Assembly: GCA_035559535.1 (NCBI GenBank)
Contig: DATMBG010000043.1
Coordinates: 62,001 to 126,000, forward strand
Origin: Candidatus Limnocylindrales bacterium
GTDB taxonomy: Bacteria; Moduliflexota; Moduliflexia; Moduliflexales; JAUQPW01
DNA length: 64,000 nucleotides
Direction of reading: 5' to 3'
The notes beneath the pieces were generated by a model. It made no database searches. It was not told the DNA's origin and worked only from the letters and a program-made list of their open reading frames with translations. The position numbers were made by a program, and so were the translations under genes. Below, one piece after another: positions 8,546 through 17,628 of this stretch (the stretch's first letter is position 1; each line of letters begins with the position of its first letter).

Positions 8546-8722
8546 TTACTTCAACTCAGAAAGTTCTCCCTTCAAAATGCTGGTTACCAACAGGTTCCAT
8601 TCTTCTTTGGAGAGTTTTACAAGATTTCCTTCCTCTCCAATATGGACTTCATCTTCATAAACTGTTACCGTTGGACAGGCACTACAGGCAGGGCACAGGG
8701 AGATAATTTGCTTAGCCTTCAT
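8546..8722 (-). CDS. 58-aa Cys-motif protein (CPACSACP), missed by the ORF track
   Basis: Hand translation MKAKQIISLCPACSACPTVTVYEDEVHIGEEGNLVKLSKEEWNLLVTSILKGELSELK*. Strong AAAGGAGG SD. Overlaps the merR stop. Confidence 0.75.
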   Translation of the reverse strand: MKAKQIISLCPACSACPTVTVYEDEVHIGEEGNLVKLSKEEWNLLVTSILKGELSELK

Positions 8723-9197
8723 GGGATTTCCCTCCTTTCTTTTTTAGATTATTCACCGTTTGGGTTTGTTCACGACCAGGAACCGGGGAATACCTCTGGA
8801 TCTGGGGACAGATAGTTTCTCTTTCAGAAGTCCTCTCGTCTGAACATTCCCACCGATATAGAAGGTCTCGGAGATCCTGTTGGAGCGTCAGCAGATCTTT
8901 GATCTGAATATCAATTTCAGAGATTTTCTGACGGATCATCTTTTGAATATGGGAACAAGGGGTTTGTCCTCTATGATAAATGTCCAGAATCTGTTTGATC
9001 TCCGAAAGTGTTAATCCCAGTCTTTGAGCCTTTTTAATAAAAACTAACCGCTCCTGGATATCCGGGTCGTAAATCCGGTATCCGGACTCCGTTCGTATCG
9101 GCTGAGGAAGAAGTCCCAGTTCTTCATAGTACCGAAGCGTTTTTGGTGAAATTCCTGTGTTTTTAGCTACTTGTCCAATATAAAGTAGTTTCTCCAT
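8712..9197 (-). CDS. MerR-family heavy-metal-responsive regulator
   Basis: IGQVAKNTGISPKTLRYYEELGLL HTH; Cys at PCSH, WEC and ICPQI; likely start ATG 9197 (MEKLL). Confidence 0.92.
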   Translation of the reverse strand: MEKLLYIGQVAKNTGISPKTLRYYEELGLLPQPIRTESGYRIYDPDIQERLVFIKKAQRLGLTLSEIKQILDIYHRGQTPCSHIQKMIRQKISEIDIQIKDLLTLQQDLRDLLYRWECSDERTSERETICPQIQRYSPVPGREQTQTVNNLKKKGGKSHEG

Positions 9198-9225
9198 AGC
9201 TTTCCCCGATCTTCTGGATACTTTT

Positions 9226-9257
9226 AAGATAAACCTTCCCCTATACGGGAAGGTCAA
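9226..9257 (-). promoter_or_regulatory. MerR-type promoter/operator of merR
   Basis: Minus strand TTGACC-N20-TATCTT with dyad ACCTTCCC-N6-GGGAAGGT in the elongated spacer (CueR/ZntR-like geometry). Confidence 0.8.
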
Positions 9258-9297
9258 GGGTTTTGTTAAATTTTTGAATGAATAAGAAAGATTAAAG

Positions 9298-9325
9298 TTG
9301 ACAGATGGCAGATAAATTCTATCTT
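9298..9325 (+). promoter_or_regulatory. Putative sigma70 promoter for leader/czcBA locus
   Basis: TTGACA-N16-TATCTT upstream of ATG 9362. Confidence 0.45.
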
Positions 9326-9361
9326 AAAGTTAGAATAGAAGTTTTTTAATTTACTTCCTTT

Positions 9362-9661
9362 ATGCTTACACATTTTGTCCGTTACAGGTTTCTTTTAGTG
9401 GGTGTTATTCTGGTCTTTACAGTGGGATATCTGTGGTGTTTTATAAACCCGGAAGAAATAAAGGGCGAGCAACATAACGACTCCCACGGATCGGGTAATA
9501 ATTTCTGCTTTCACTTCTATAATCAAACGGTTCATATTGAGATACCTCTCATCTTCCTTTCTATCATCTTACTTTTCACCTTTTTCCTATCAAATCTGGG
9601 TGAAATCCTTCCTGGTTTTACCTCTCCTCTCATCGAACCACCTAGATTCCTCCCCTTATAA
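9362..9661 (+). CDS. Small two-TM Cys/His protein ending LPGFTSPLIEPPR; putative regulatory upstream ORF
   Basis: Close paralog of 34365..34649 (shared GYLWCF.NP, HNDS, FCFHFY, GEILPGFT.PLI.PP). Confidence 0.75.
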   Translation: MLTHFVRYRFLLVGVILVFTVGYLWCFINPEEIKGEQHNDSHGSGNNFCFHFYNQTVHIEIPLIFLSIILLFTFFLSNLGEILPGFTSPLIEPPRFLPL

Positions 9662-9798
9662 GGCTTTTTAGTGTCTTTTTCCGGAAATTTCCCCTTTTTT
9701 GTTTAATAGAATTTTTATCTGGGGAGGCTTTTAACTTAGATCTGTTCTGAATAAGGGGTTTAGCTTTAAGAAGCCCCTCTTGCAGAGGCATTCTTTTT

Positions 9799-10104
9799 AT
9801 GGATAAGTACCTTAAATTCTTGATAGGTGGGGTTATTTTAATTCTTTTTGTCACGGTGATAGGATGTTTTTTTGATTCTGAAGAACTAAGCTTGCAAGGG
9901 CCTAATCATGGATCTCTTCACTCCCCAGATGGATTTTGTACCAGTGTAGCCATCCCTTCGACAGCCTGTAAGGAACCCTTTTCTTTGTTTTTACTTTTCA
10001 CTGTTTTATCCTCCCGTTTGGGTTCTATCCTGCCTGGTTTCTCCCGTCCTCAAATTCATCCGCCCGATATAATTCTAACTCAGCCATCACTATCCGATTT
10101 TTAG
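9799..10104 (+). CDS. Second small two-TM Cys/His protein with ILPGFSRPQIHPP; putative regulatory upstream ORF
   Basis: Same architecture (TM-GCFF, H..H, GFC, TM, ILPGF..IxPP) directly upstream of the RND adaptor gene. Confidence 0.7.
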   Translation: MDKYLKFLIGGVILILFVTVIGCFFDSEELSLQGPNHGSLHSPDGFCTSVAIPSTACKEPFSLFLLFTVLSSRLGSILPGFSRPQIHPPDIILTQPSLSDF

Positions 10105-10191
10105 TTTAAAACCGGAAAGAGAGTTCGTTTATAGACCTATAAGGGTAAAGTATTTAGTTTGATCGCCTAAAAGGAGTGTTTAAGGGGTATT

Positions 10192-11823
10192 ATGAGCAAA
10201 AAAATAGATAAATCTAGACTTTTTTATCTCTTGTTATTCATAGTCCTGATAGGGTTTTTGATAGGTTACTCTGAATCTCAAAGAACTTCCACGAGTAGAG
10301 TGACTGACCCTCAAGGTTCCGTAACGGAATCCCTATCGGTTACAGAAAAAAATGGGGATAACCATCTGGATAAGCATAATCCTTCAGAGGAAACCCGGCC
10401 AGATCACCATCATGAAAATTCGGATGCCTGTGGTGCCGGGAATACCCGGGCAATTCAATTGAGCCAGCAGGCCATGACCAGCCTGGGAATTCAAGTTGCA
10501 GAGGTCGATATCCGAACCCTTGTAAAAGTGGTCGAGGTACCTGGAATTATCAAACTTCCTCCTCAGCGTATGACTGGAGTGAGCCCTCGGATTTCAGGCC
10601 GGGTAGAAGAAATTCTGGTCAAGCCGGGAGATAAAGTGGAAGTGGGACAAAAACTGGCTACGCTTCGAAGCCTGGAAATTGAAAACCTCCATGTAGAATT
10701 GACCGAGGCTACTCATCGGCTCAAGGCTTTGGAAGCATCTCTGACCCTCCGCCGGGAGGTACTTCAGCGGGCCATTGGAAACGAACTGGAGCGAAATCGG
10801 ATTGAGTTGATCAATGCCAGCAACAAAGTCAAACTGGCTAAACAGAGCATGGAGCGGGCTAAAAGTCTTTCTGATAAGATTCTTCCGGCCAAGGAAATTC
10901 AACAGCGAGAGTCAGAATACCTGATGGCCTTAGGAGAGTTAGAAGGCGTGAAGAAGAAGTTAAGGCTCTTAGGACTCTCAGATAAAGAGATTGACCGATT
11001 GAACTCAAAGGCCGATGGCAAATCGGCGATAGACAGTCTTTCCCTTTCTCCAAAGGAGCTTATTAAGAAGTTCACCCCCCTGGAGAGTAATGAAGCTCTC
11101 AATGAACTCCTTAATCAGGAGGCCGAATATCGGAGTCTTCAGGTAGAAATAGAAGGAAAGAAACAGCGGCTTGAGGTTTTAGGCCATCCTCCCCATCCGG
11201 GTCATCCGACCAAAGATGAAGCTATGGTTGATTTAACCTCTCCTTTAAGCGGAACTGTAACCAGCGTGGACGCAACATTAGGGATCATTGCAGAGCCCGG
11301 GAAAGTTCTCTTCCAGATTGTAGATCCTTCGGTGGTTTATGTGGAAGGAGATGTTCCGGTGGAAAATGTAGCTCTTTTCAGGCAAGGTCAGGAAGTAAGG
11401 GTTCGGGTAGCCAGTTATCCGGATGAGGTTTTTCAAGGTAAAGTCAATTATATATCGGATGTAGCCGATCCGGTAAAACGGACGATCCATATCCTGGCCG
11501 AGGTTCCCAATCCAGATCGGAAACTAAAACCAGAGATTTTTGCAACCCTTACGGTAGTTGTAGAGAAAGCCGTGGAAGCCCTGGCCGTGCCGAAAGAGTC
11601 TCTCCTCACCGAAGGGGTTGAGCGATACGTATTTGTCAAAAATGGTACGACTCTGGTTAAACAGAGTGTTGTAACCGGAATCAGCGATGATCAATATGTA
11701 GAGATCAAAGATGGGCTTTTCCCGGGCGATGTTATTGTTACCAAAGGAGCTTATGAGCTTGGCCTGGCGAGTACTCCCAAAGCAGTTCCTGTTGGAACGG
11801 ATGGGCATGCACACACTCATTGA
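10192..11823 (+). CDS. Heavy-metal RND efflux periplasmic adaptor (CzcB/CusB family) with His-rich segments
   Basis: Lipoyl-like GRVEEILVKPGDKV, long coiled coil, SPLSGTV, VTGISDDQYVEIKDGL; HHHE and C-terminal GHAHTH. Confidence 0.9.
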   Translation: MSKKIDKSRLFYLLLFIVLIGFLIGYSESQRTSTSRVTDPQGSVTESLSVTEKNGDNHLDKHNPSEETRPDHHHENSDACGAGNTRAIQLSQQAMTSLGIQVAEVDIRTLVKVVEVPGIIKLPPQRMTGVSPRISGRVEEILVKPGDKVEVGQKLATLRSLEIENLHVELTEATHRLKALEASLTLRREVLQRAIGNELERNRIELINASNKVKLAKQSMERAKSLSDKILPAKEIQQRESEYLMALGELEGVKKKLRLLGLSDKEIDRLNSKADGKSAIDSLSLSPKELIKKFTPLESNEALNELLNQEAEYRSLQVEIEGKKQRLEVLGHPPHPGHPTKDEAMVDLTSPLSGTVTSVDATLGIIAEPGKVLFQIVDPSVVYVEGDVPVENVALFRQGQEVRVRVASYPDEVFQGKVNYISDVADPVKRTIHILAEVPNPDRKLKPEIFATLTVVVEKAVEALAVPKESLLTEGVERYVFVKNGTTLVKQSVVTGISDDQYVEIKDGLFPGDVIVTKGAYELGLASTPKAVPVGTDGHAHTH

Positions 11824-11825
11824 GA

Positions 11826-11960
11826 GAGACGCGGGGACAGAAAGATATAAGGACACGGAGTTTTGGGATACGGAGACAGGGGGACGTGGCGACACCGGGC
11901 TATATCCCCAAGTCTCCATGTTTCCCAGTCCCAAGTTCCCGCGTTTCCATACCCCTGCAT
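11826..11960. repeat. Degenerate octamer inverted-repeat element (gacacgga/g type)
   Basis: gacgcggg, gacacgga, gatacgga, gacgtggc followed by complementary tcccca..tcccgcgt units between czcB and czcA. Confidence 0.55.
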
Positions 11961-11969
11961 TGTGAAGTT

Positions 11970-14900
11970 ATGTGGGCTAAAATTATCGAGTTTTCACTTA
12001 AAAATAAACTATTTGTTCTGATAACAGCAGGTATTACTCTCATCTGGGGTTACAACCTTTTCCAGAAGATTCCTGTAGATCTTTATCCGGATATCAATAA
12101 CCCCCGGGTAACCATTTTAACCGAAGCGCCTGGATGGTCTCCTGAGGAGGTAGAGGCTTTAGTGACCTTTCCCCTGGAAAGTGTTTTCAATGGAACCCCC
12201 TTTGTGACCCGGGTTCGCTCTTCTTCGGGAATCGGGATTTCTGTGGTGTTTGTTGAATTTGAATGGGGAACGGATATTTTCAAGGCCCGACAGTTGGTTG
12301 CAGAAAAGCTTCAGACGGTAAAATTACCAGCCGGTGTGGAAGCCCCCTTCATGGCCCCTATTACCTCCAGGTTAGGTGAGATTGTAGAATATGCTCTAGA
12401 AGATAAAACCGGAAAGTATTCCCCCATGGATTTGCGGGATGTAGCGGATTGGATCATTCGGTTTCGGTTAAAATCCATCGGAGGGATTGCCAATGTAATC
12501 AATCAAGGAGGACTTCCCCGGCAGTACCAGGTTCAGGTGAGCCAGGATAAGCTGTTGGGCTATGGACTCAGTTTGATGGAGGTTCGGGAGGCTCTGGAAA
12601 AGGGAAATATGAATGCCTCGGGCGGGTTTCTTTTAACTCCCACCCAGGAATACTTAATCCGAGGGTTTGGGCGTGTTCAGGAGGTAAGTGACATTGAAAA
12701 CACGGTTATCACCACCAAAGAAGGTGGAATACCTGTCTTAATCAAGGATGTGGCCACCGTCAAAATAGCAGGACCTGCCATCCGTCGGGGAGCAGGAACT
12801 TTAAACGGCCAGGAGACGGTATTGGGGAAGATAAGTAAACAACCTGACACCAATACCCTTACTTTGACAAAAAAAATTCTGGAAGCTTTCAAGGAGTTGG
12901 AGAAATCCCTCCCCGAGGGGATTGTTATCAAACCCGAATATCTTCAATCGGACCTCATTGAACGTGCCCTGGCTACCGTCAAAGAAGCTCTCTTAGAAGG
13001 AGGTATTCTGGTCGTTGTTATTATTGTGGTTTTTCTGTTCAATCTTAGAACTTCCCTCATCAGCCTGACCGCGATTCCCCTTTCATTTGTCTTAACCTTG
13101 ATGATTCTCTACGGGTACGGATTGAGTATCAATAATATGACTCTGGCCGGGTTGGCCATTGCTGTAGGAATGGTTGTGGATGATGCCATCATCGATGTAG
13201 AGAACATCTTTCGACGCCTGAGGGAATATTTCTTCGGTACAGATCGGGCAGGAACAGGACAGGTTCCATGCCCTGGGGATACCCATAACAGGGCTTTTAC
13301 GTTACTATCTAAAATGGCCCAAACTCCCGGTGAGGTTGTTTTGAAGGCTTCTAACGAGATTCGAAGCGCAGTCGTCTTCGCGACCCTCATCATCATCCTG
13401 GTTTTTATTCCCCTGTTTACCCTGGAAGGGATTGAAGGTCGATTGTTTTATCCCCTGGGTCTGGCCGTAGTCATTTCTATGGCCGCTTCTCTGCTGGTAG
13501 CCCTGACGGTCACACCGGTGTTGAGCGATTTGATGTTAACAAAACCCAAGTATCTTAACGAACGGGAAAGTCCTCTGGTTCGTTGGCTTAAAAAAAGATA
13601 CCGTTCCACCCTCCATAGGGTCCTTAAAAAACCCAGACAAGTTCTGATTCCCATTATTCTCCTATTTTTAGGTTCGTTGGTTTTAATTCCGTTTATGGGT
13701 CGGGAGTTTCTCCCTATTGTAGACGAAGGGACTTTGTTGGTGAATGCAGTACTACCCCCGGGAACTTCCTTAGAGCAAACTCTGCAGGTCGGAGTACAGA
13801 TTGAGAAGGCTCTCCATGAGTTTCCCGAAGTAGTTTCTACCACTAACCGTCTGGGTCGAGCCGAAGAAGATGAACATGCCGAAGGGGTTAATACCTCTGA
13901 AATTTTGGTAAGTCTCCTCCCGCCAGAAAAACGAAAGCGGTCCCGAGAAGAACTTCTTACTGCCATGCGGGAACGGCTCAAGGAGTTTCCAGGGGTTCTC
14001 ATTACCATCGGACAACCCCTTCAACACCGTATTGATCATTTACTCTCTGGGGTCAATGCCCAGGTTGCCATCAAGCTTTTTGGTAATGATTTGAATGTCC
14101 TTCGGACCAAAGCGGAAGAGATTCATCGGGTTGTTTCTACCGTTCCAGGAGTTGCGGATCTCTTTGTAGAGCAACAGGTGGAGGTACCTCAGCTCAAGAT
14201 TCAGGTTGATCGAAAAGCTGTGGCTCGTTACGGCTTGACTATCGCAGACATCTCCCATTTTATTGAAACCGCTTTTAAAGGAGAAGCGGTAAGCCAGGTT
14301 CTCTTGGGACAACGGCAGTATGATCTGGTTGTGATCCTGGATGAAAAGAGTCGGGCGGACCTGGAAAAGCTCAAGAATCTGATTATACAGACCCCAACGG
14401 GATCTCGGGTTTCTTTGGAACAACTGGCAACGATACAGATAAACACCGGCCCTAATACCATCAATCGGGAAAATGTAGCCCGACGTATAGTGATTCAGAG
14501 TAACGTATCCGGGCGAGATCTGGGAGGATTTGTCCAGGAAGTTCAGCAGAAGATCGCAGATCAGGTAAAGCTCCCGGAAGGTTATTTTATTATCTATGGA
14601 GGGCAATTTGAAAGCCAGCAGCGTGCCTTCAAACGATTGGCTATCGAGTTTGTTCTGGTAACCCTTGTTATGTTCAGCTTGCTGTACATCAGCCTTCGCT
14701 CCGCCCCGCTGGCTATCGCCGTACTCCTGAATCTTCCTTTAGCTGTGGTAGGGGGGATTATCAGTGTATACCTGTCCGGTGGCGTACTTAACGTTTCCTC
14801 CCTGGTAGGTTTTATCTTGCTCTTCGGTATTGCCGTCCGAAATGGAGTACTTATGGTTTCCCATATTAACGATCTCCGATACCACGAGGGATTGGAATTG

Positions 14901-15179
14901 GATAAAGCTATCATACAAGGAGCCGAGGAGCGAATGACGCCGGTGTTGATGACGGCGCTGGCAACGGCTATGGGAATGGTTCCTTTGATCTGGGCACAGG
15001 GATCTGGATCAGAACTTCAGAAGCCTCTGGCTACAGTTATTGTAGGCGGAACCCTCTCGGCAACTGCTCTAACCCTGTTGGTATTACCTGTCTTGTACCG
15101 CCTGATAGAGGGACGTGGAAAGAAGGTAGAAAGTAAAAAGTCAGGAACTGGCGATCAGTTCACAGTTGTTAGCAGATAA
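11970..15179 (+). CDS. CusA/CzcA-family heavy-metal RND permease
   Basis: PVDLYPD, EAPGWSPEEVE, GMVVDDAIIDVEN, ERMTPVLMTA. Start re-assigned to ATG 11970 (MWAKIIEFSL); the upstream 50 codons are repeat-derived. Confidence 0.93.
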   Translation: MWAKIIEFSLKNKLFVLITAGITLIWGYNLFQKIPVDLYPDINNPRVTILTEAPGWSPEEVEALVTFPLESVFNGTPFVTRVRSSSGIGISVVFVEFEWGTDIFKARQLVAEKLQTVKLPAGVEAPFMAPITSRLGEIVEYALEDKTGKYSPMDLRDVADWIIRFRLKSIGGIANVINQGGLPRQYQVQVSQDKLLGYGLSLMEVREALEKGNMNASGGFLLTPTQEYLIRGFGRVQEVSDIENTVITTKEGGIPVLIKDVATVKIAGPAIRRGAGTLNGQETVLGKISKQPDTNTLTLTKKILEAFKELEKSLPEGIVIKPEYLQSDLIERALATVKEALLEGGILVVVIIVVFLFNLRTSLISLTAIPLSFVLTLMILYGYGLSINNMTLAGLAIAVGMVVDDAIIDVENIFRRLREYFFGTDRAGTGQVPCPGDTHNRAFTLLSKMAQTPGEVVLKASNEIRSAVVFATLIIILVFIPLFTLEGIEGRLFYPLGLAVVISMAASLLVALTVTPVLSDLMLTKPKYLNERESPLVRWLKKRYRSTLHRVLKKPRQVLIPIILLFLGSLVLIPFMGREFLPIVDEGTLLVNAVLPPGTSLEQTLQVGVQIEKALHEFPEVVSTTNRLGRAEEDEHAEGVNTSEILVSLLPPEKRKRSREELLTAMRERLKEFPGVLITIGQPLQHRIDHLLSGVNAQVAIKLFGNDLNVLRTKAEEIHRVVSTVPGVADLFVEQQVEVPQLKIQVDRKAVARYGLTIADISHFIETAFKGEAVSQVLLGQRQYDLVVILDEKSRADLEKLKNLIIQTPTGSRVSLEQLATIQINTGPNTINRENVARRIVIQSNVSGRDLGGFVQEVQQKIADQVKLPEGYFIIYGGQFESQQRAFKRLAIEFVLVTLVMFSLLYISLRSAPLAIAVLLNLPLAVVGGIISVYLSGGVLNVSSLVGFILLFGIAVRNGVLMVSHINDLRYHEGLELDKAIIQGAEERMTPVLMTALATAMGMVPLIWAQGSGSELQKPLATVIVGGTLSATALTLLVLPVLYRLIEGRGKKVESKKSGTGDQFTVVSR

Positions 15180-15246
15180 CCGGCTCGTCTCTAGGGTAGA
15201 GAACCCCCAGAGATCAGCTCTGTTAATAAGGAAAGGAGAAAACACT

Positions 15247-15711
15247 ATGAAGTACTTACAACGATCTAAAATCTACTGCCCATTGATTGTATCAATCCTG
15301 TTTGCATTCAGCCCGGTATTCATCGCCCATTTAACCTGGTCTGCTCAAGAAACCGGTAAGGAAGGCCATACCGAGAAAGCGCCCCATCAGGGTCAACTGT
15401 TGGATACCGGGGAGAAACATGTGGAATTTTTAGTAAAAGGAGGAAAAGAAGTTTACGTCTATCTTTACGATAAAAACCTGAAACCCATTTCAGCGGAAGG
15501 GATCGAAGGAGTCGTTTATTTCAGATTAACAGATAACAGCAGAAGAGAATCCAAACTGGCCCCGGTCAAAGAAAAAGACACAACCTTCCTTAAGGGAAAC
15601 GTAGACCTCGGGACGAAAGATTATAGTGAAGCCGTAGTCAGTTTAAAGAGAGGGGATAAGAAAGAGAATTTAAGGTTCGGCCATCCAGCCGGGCAAGAAC
15701 ATCATCAATAG
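15247..15711 (+). CDS. Exported His-containing protein (HTEKAPHQGQL motif), RND-locus accessory
   Basis: AAGGAG SD, signal peptide, GHTEKAPHQGQLL..HVEFL, C-terminal EHHQ. Confidence 0.7.
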   Translation: MKYLQRSKIYCPLIVSILFAFSPVFIAHLTWSAQETGKEGHTEKAPHQGQLLDTGEKHVEFLVKGGKEVYVYLYDKNLKPISAEGIEGVVYFRLTDNSRRESKLAPVKEKDTTFLKGNVDLGTKDYSEAVVSLKRGDKKENLRFGHPAGQEHHQ

Positions 15712-15954
15712 AGGTAAATGGTAAGAGGGGATGAAGCCTGCCTTGACCAGGTTAAATTACCGAAAAGCCCTAGCGGGGCAACCTGTTTGTTACCCATAGG
15801 GTCCTACTCCCAGATCTTTTAGCTCCGTAGGAGCCTCTAAGGTTAAAACCTAATTTGACATTATCGAGCTACTAACCACGGTGGTAACTGAGGCTCTTCC
15901 CCTTGGAATTGGAAGTTATTTAAATAAGGTGTTAAATCAAGGAGGAAAAAAATT

Positions 15955-17472
15955 ATGGGTTCAGACAAGTGGCTGGCTAATGTATACTCTGTACAAAAAG
16001 ACGTGGTCGGCATCGTTCTTCCACTAAAGACTGAAAACCTTTCTAGATTTATTGAGCAAATTCAATGGATGAAGTTCTATGGCAAGTCCATATTCTTAGC
16101 AATTATCCTGGTGTGGTATATGATGTCTTTCTTTCCAGAAGTGGGAGCTCAAGAAAACCCACAAACCGTAACCTCTGAGCCCACCTTACGCCTTGAAGAC
16201 CTGGAACAGAAGGCCTTGCAGAATAACCCGACTCTCGTTCAGGCGGAGGCTGTCATCCGCGTAGCCGAAGGACGAAGGATTCAGGCAGGTCTATACCCCA
16301 ATCCAGTGATGGGCTACAGGGGTGAACAGCTCAGCTTGCGGGCTCCTTCAAAGACCAGTGAGCATATGTTCTTCCTGGAACAGCGTATCATTACGGCTGG
16401 AAAACTCAGGAAAGGTCGCAATGTTTTTGCTCAGGAAAAGGCTCAGGCTCAAGCTGAAGCAGAAGCCCAGAAACTTCGGGTGCTCAGTACCGTTCGTCTT
16501 CTCTATTATGAAGCCCTGGGGGCCCAACAGTTGATCGAGTTGCATAATCAACTGGTTAAAATCGCCCGGGAAGCAGTGGATATTTCTGAGCAGCTTTTCA
16601 ACGTGGGTCAGGCTGATCAACCAGACGTCCTTGAGGCCCAGATTGAGGCACAGAGAGCCGAATTAGGTTTCAGGATAGCTGAAAATGATCGAGAGCGTAT
16701 CTGGCAGCAATTAGCAGCCGCTGTGGGTGATCCATCCCTCAAGCCGACTCGATTGGTAGGGAATCTGGAAGAAGAGATACCGATGCTTAACCGGGAGGAA
16801 ATCCTGGCCGCTCTTCTGCGTGAGAGTCCCGAGATCAAGAAGGCACAGGCCAGAGTGGAGCAGGCCCGGGCAGATTTGGAGCGGGCCCGGGCAGAGCCTA
16901 CTCCGGATCTCCTGGTGCGGGGTGCGTTTGGATACAACTTTGAGCCGTTGGAAGCACTGGGTGGGCCTACAAGACTGGAAGGAGCCATTGAAGTAGGGGT
17001 CCGGGTCCCACTTTTTAATCGTAACCAGGGGAATGTGGCAGCAGCCCGGGCTGAAGTCGATAGGGCCGAGCAGGAAGTGAAGCGTTTGGAGTTAGCTCTG
17101 CGGGCAAATCTGGCCTTGGCTTTTACACGTTACCTCAATGCCCTAAGTATGGTACAGCGTTATCAGAAGGATATTTTGCCACCGGCCCAAAAAGCCTATG
17201 AACTTTATTTAACGAGGTTTAGAGAGATGGCTGTAGCCTATCCTCAGGTGCTTATTGCACAGCGTACCCTGTTCCAGGTGCGTGTTGAATACGTAAGAGC
17301 CCTTGTGGATCTATGGCAGAATGTGATTCAACTCCGAGGATTGCTGCTGGCAGGGGGACTGAATGCACCGGACATGTCTCCAACTGGAGGCGAAATCCAG
17401 ACCGGTGAGACCCCGGGGAGCAGTCCCGGGATGCCAAGCCCTAGAATCCACGAGGTGCAGGAACAACGATGA
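15955..17472 (+). CDS. TolC/CzcC-family outer-membrane efflux protein
   Basis: AGLYPNP, two OEP helical repeats, VPLFNRNQGNV. The true start may be downstream, near 16069. Confidence 0.88.
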   Translation: MGSDKWLANVYSVQKDVVGIVLPLKTENLSRFIEQIQWMKFYGKSIFLAIILVWYMMSFFPEVGAQENPQTVTSEPTLRLEDLEQKALQNNPTLVQAEAVIRVAEGRRIQAGLYPNPVMGYRGEQLSLRAPSKTSEHMFFLEQRIITAGKLRKGRNVFAQEKAQAQAEAEAQKLRVLSTVRLLYYEALGAQQLIELHNQLVKIAREAVDISEQLFNVGQADQPDVLEAQIEAQRAELGFRIAENDRERIWQQLAAAVGDPSLKPTRLVGNLEEEIPMLNREEILAALLRESPEIKKAQARVEQARADLERARAEPTPDLLVRGAFGYNFEPLEALGGPTRLEGAIEVGVRVPLFNRNQGNVAAARAEVDRAEQEVKRLELALRANLALAFTRYLNALSMVQRYQKDILPPAQKAYELYLTRFREMAVAYPQVLIAQRTLFQVRVEYVRALVDLWQNVIQLRGLLLAGGLNAPDMSPTGGEIQTGETPGSSPGMPSPRIHEVQEQR

Positions 17473-17508
17473 TGAAGCAGCTAATAAAACAATCGAAGAA
17501 CCCTAAAA

Positions 17509-17557
17509 AGTATGGGAGTATGGGGGTGTGGGAGTGTGGGGGTGTCCATACTTCTCC
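17509..17557. repeat. GTATGGGA/GTGTGGGA octamer tandem repeat
   Basis: agtatggg-agtatggg-ggtgtggg-agtgtggg followed by ccatact; same family at 43212 and 62780. Confidence 0.75.
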
Positions 17558-17628
17558 ACTCTTCGTGGATAAATAACATCCATAACTTACAAGAAAATGT
17601 AAAAGTATAGCAAGGAGGAAAATATCCC

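Noticed and set aside
11820-11969. N-terminal extensions of czcA (also paaK-like 43206-43307, mtnP 62697-62843, HK 41753-41827)
   Set aside because: They are translations of intergenic short repeats; family-typical N-termini begin at downstream ATGs.
10594-14914. Numerous antisense ORFs of 60-190 aa within the RND, copA and other long genes
   Set aside because: They lie opposite well-supported genes and lack motifs, as expected for shadow ORFs.
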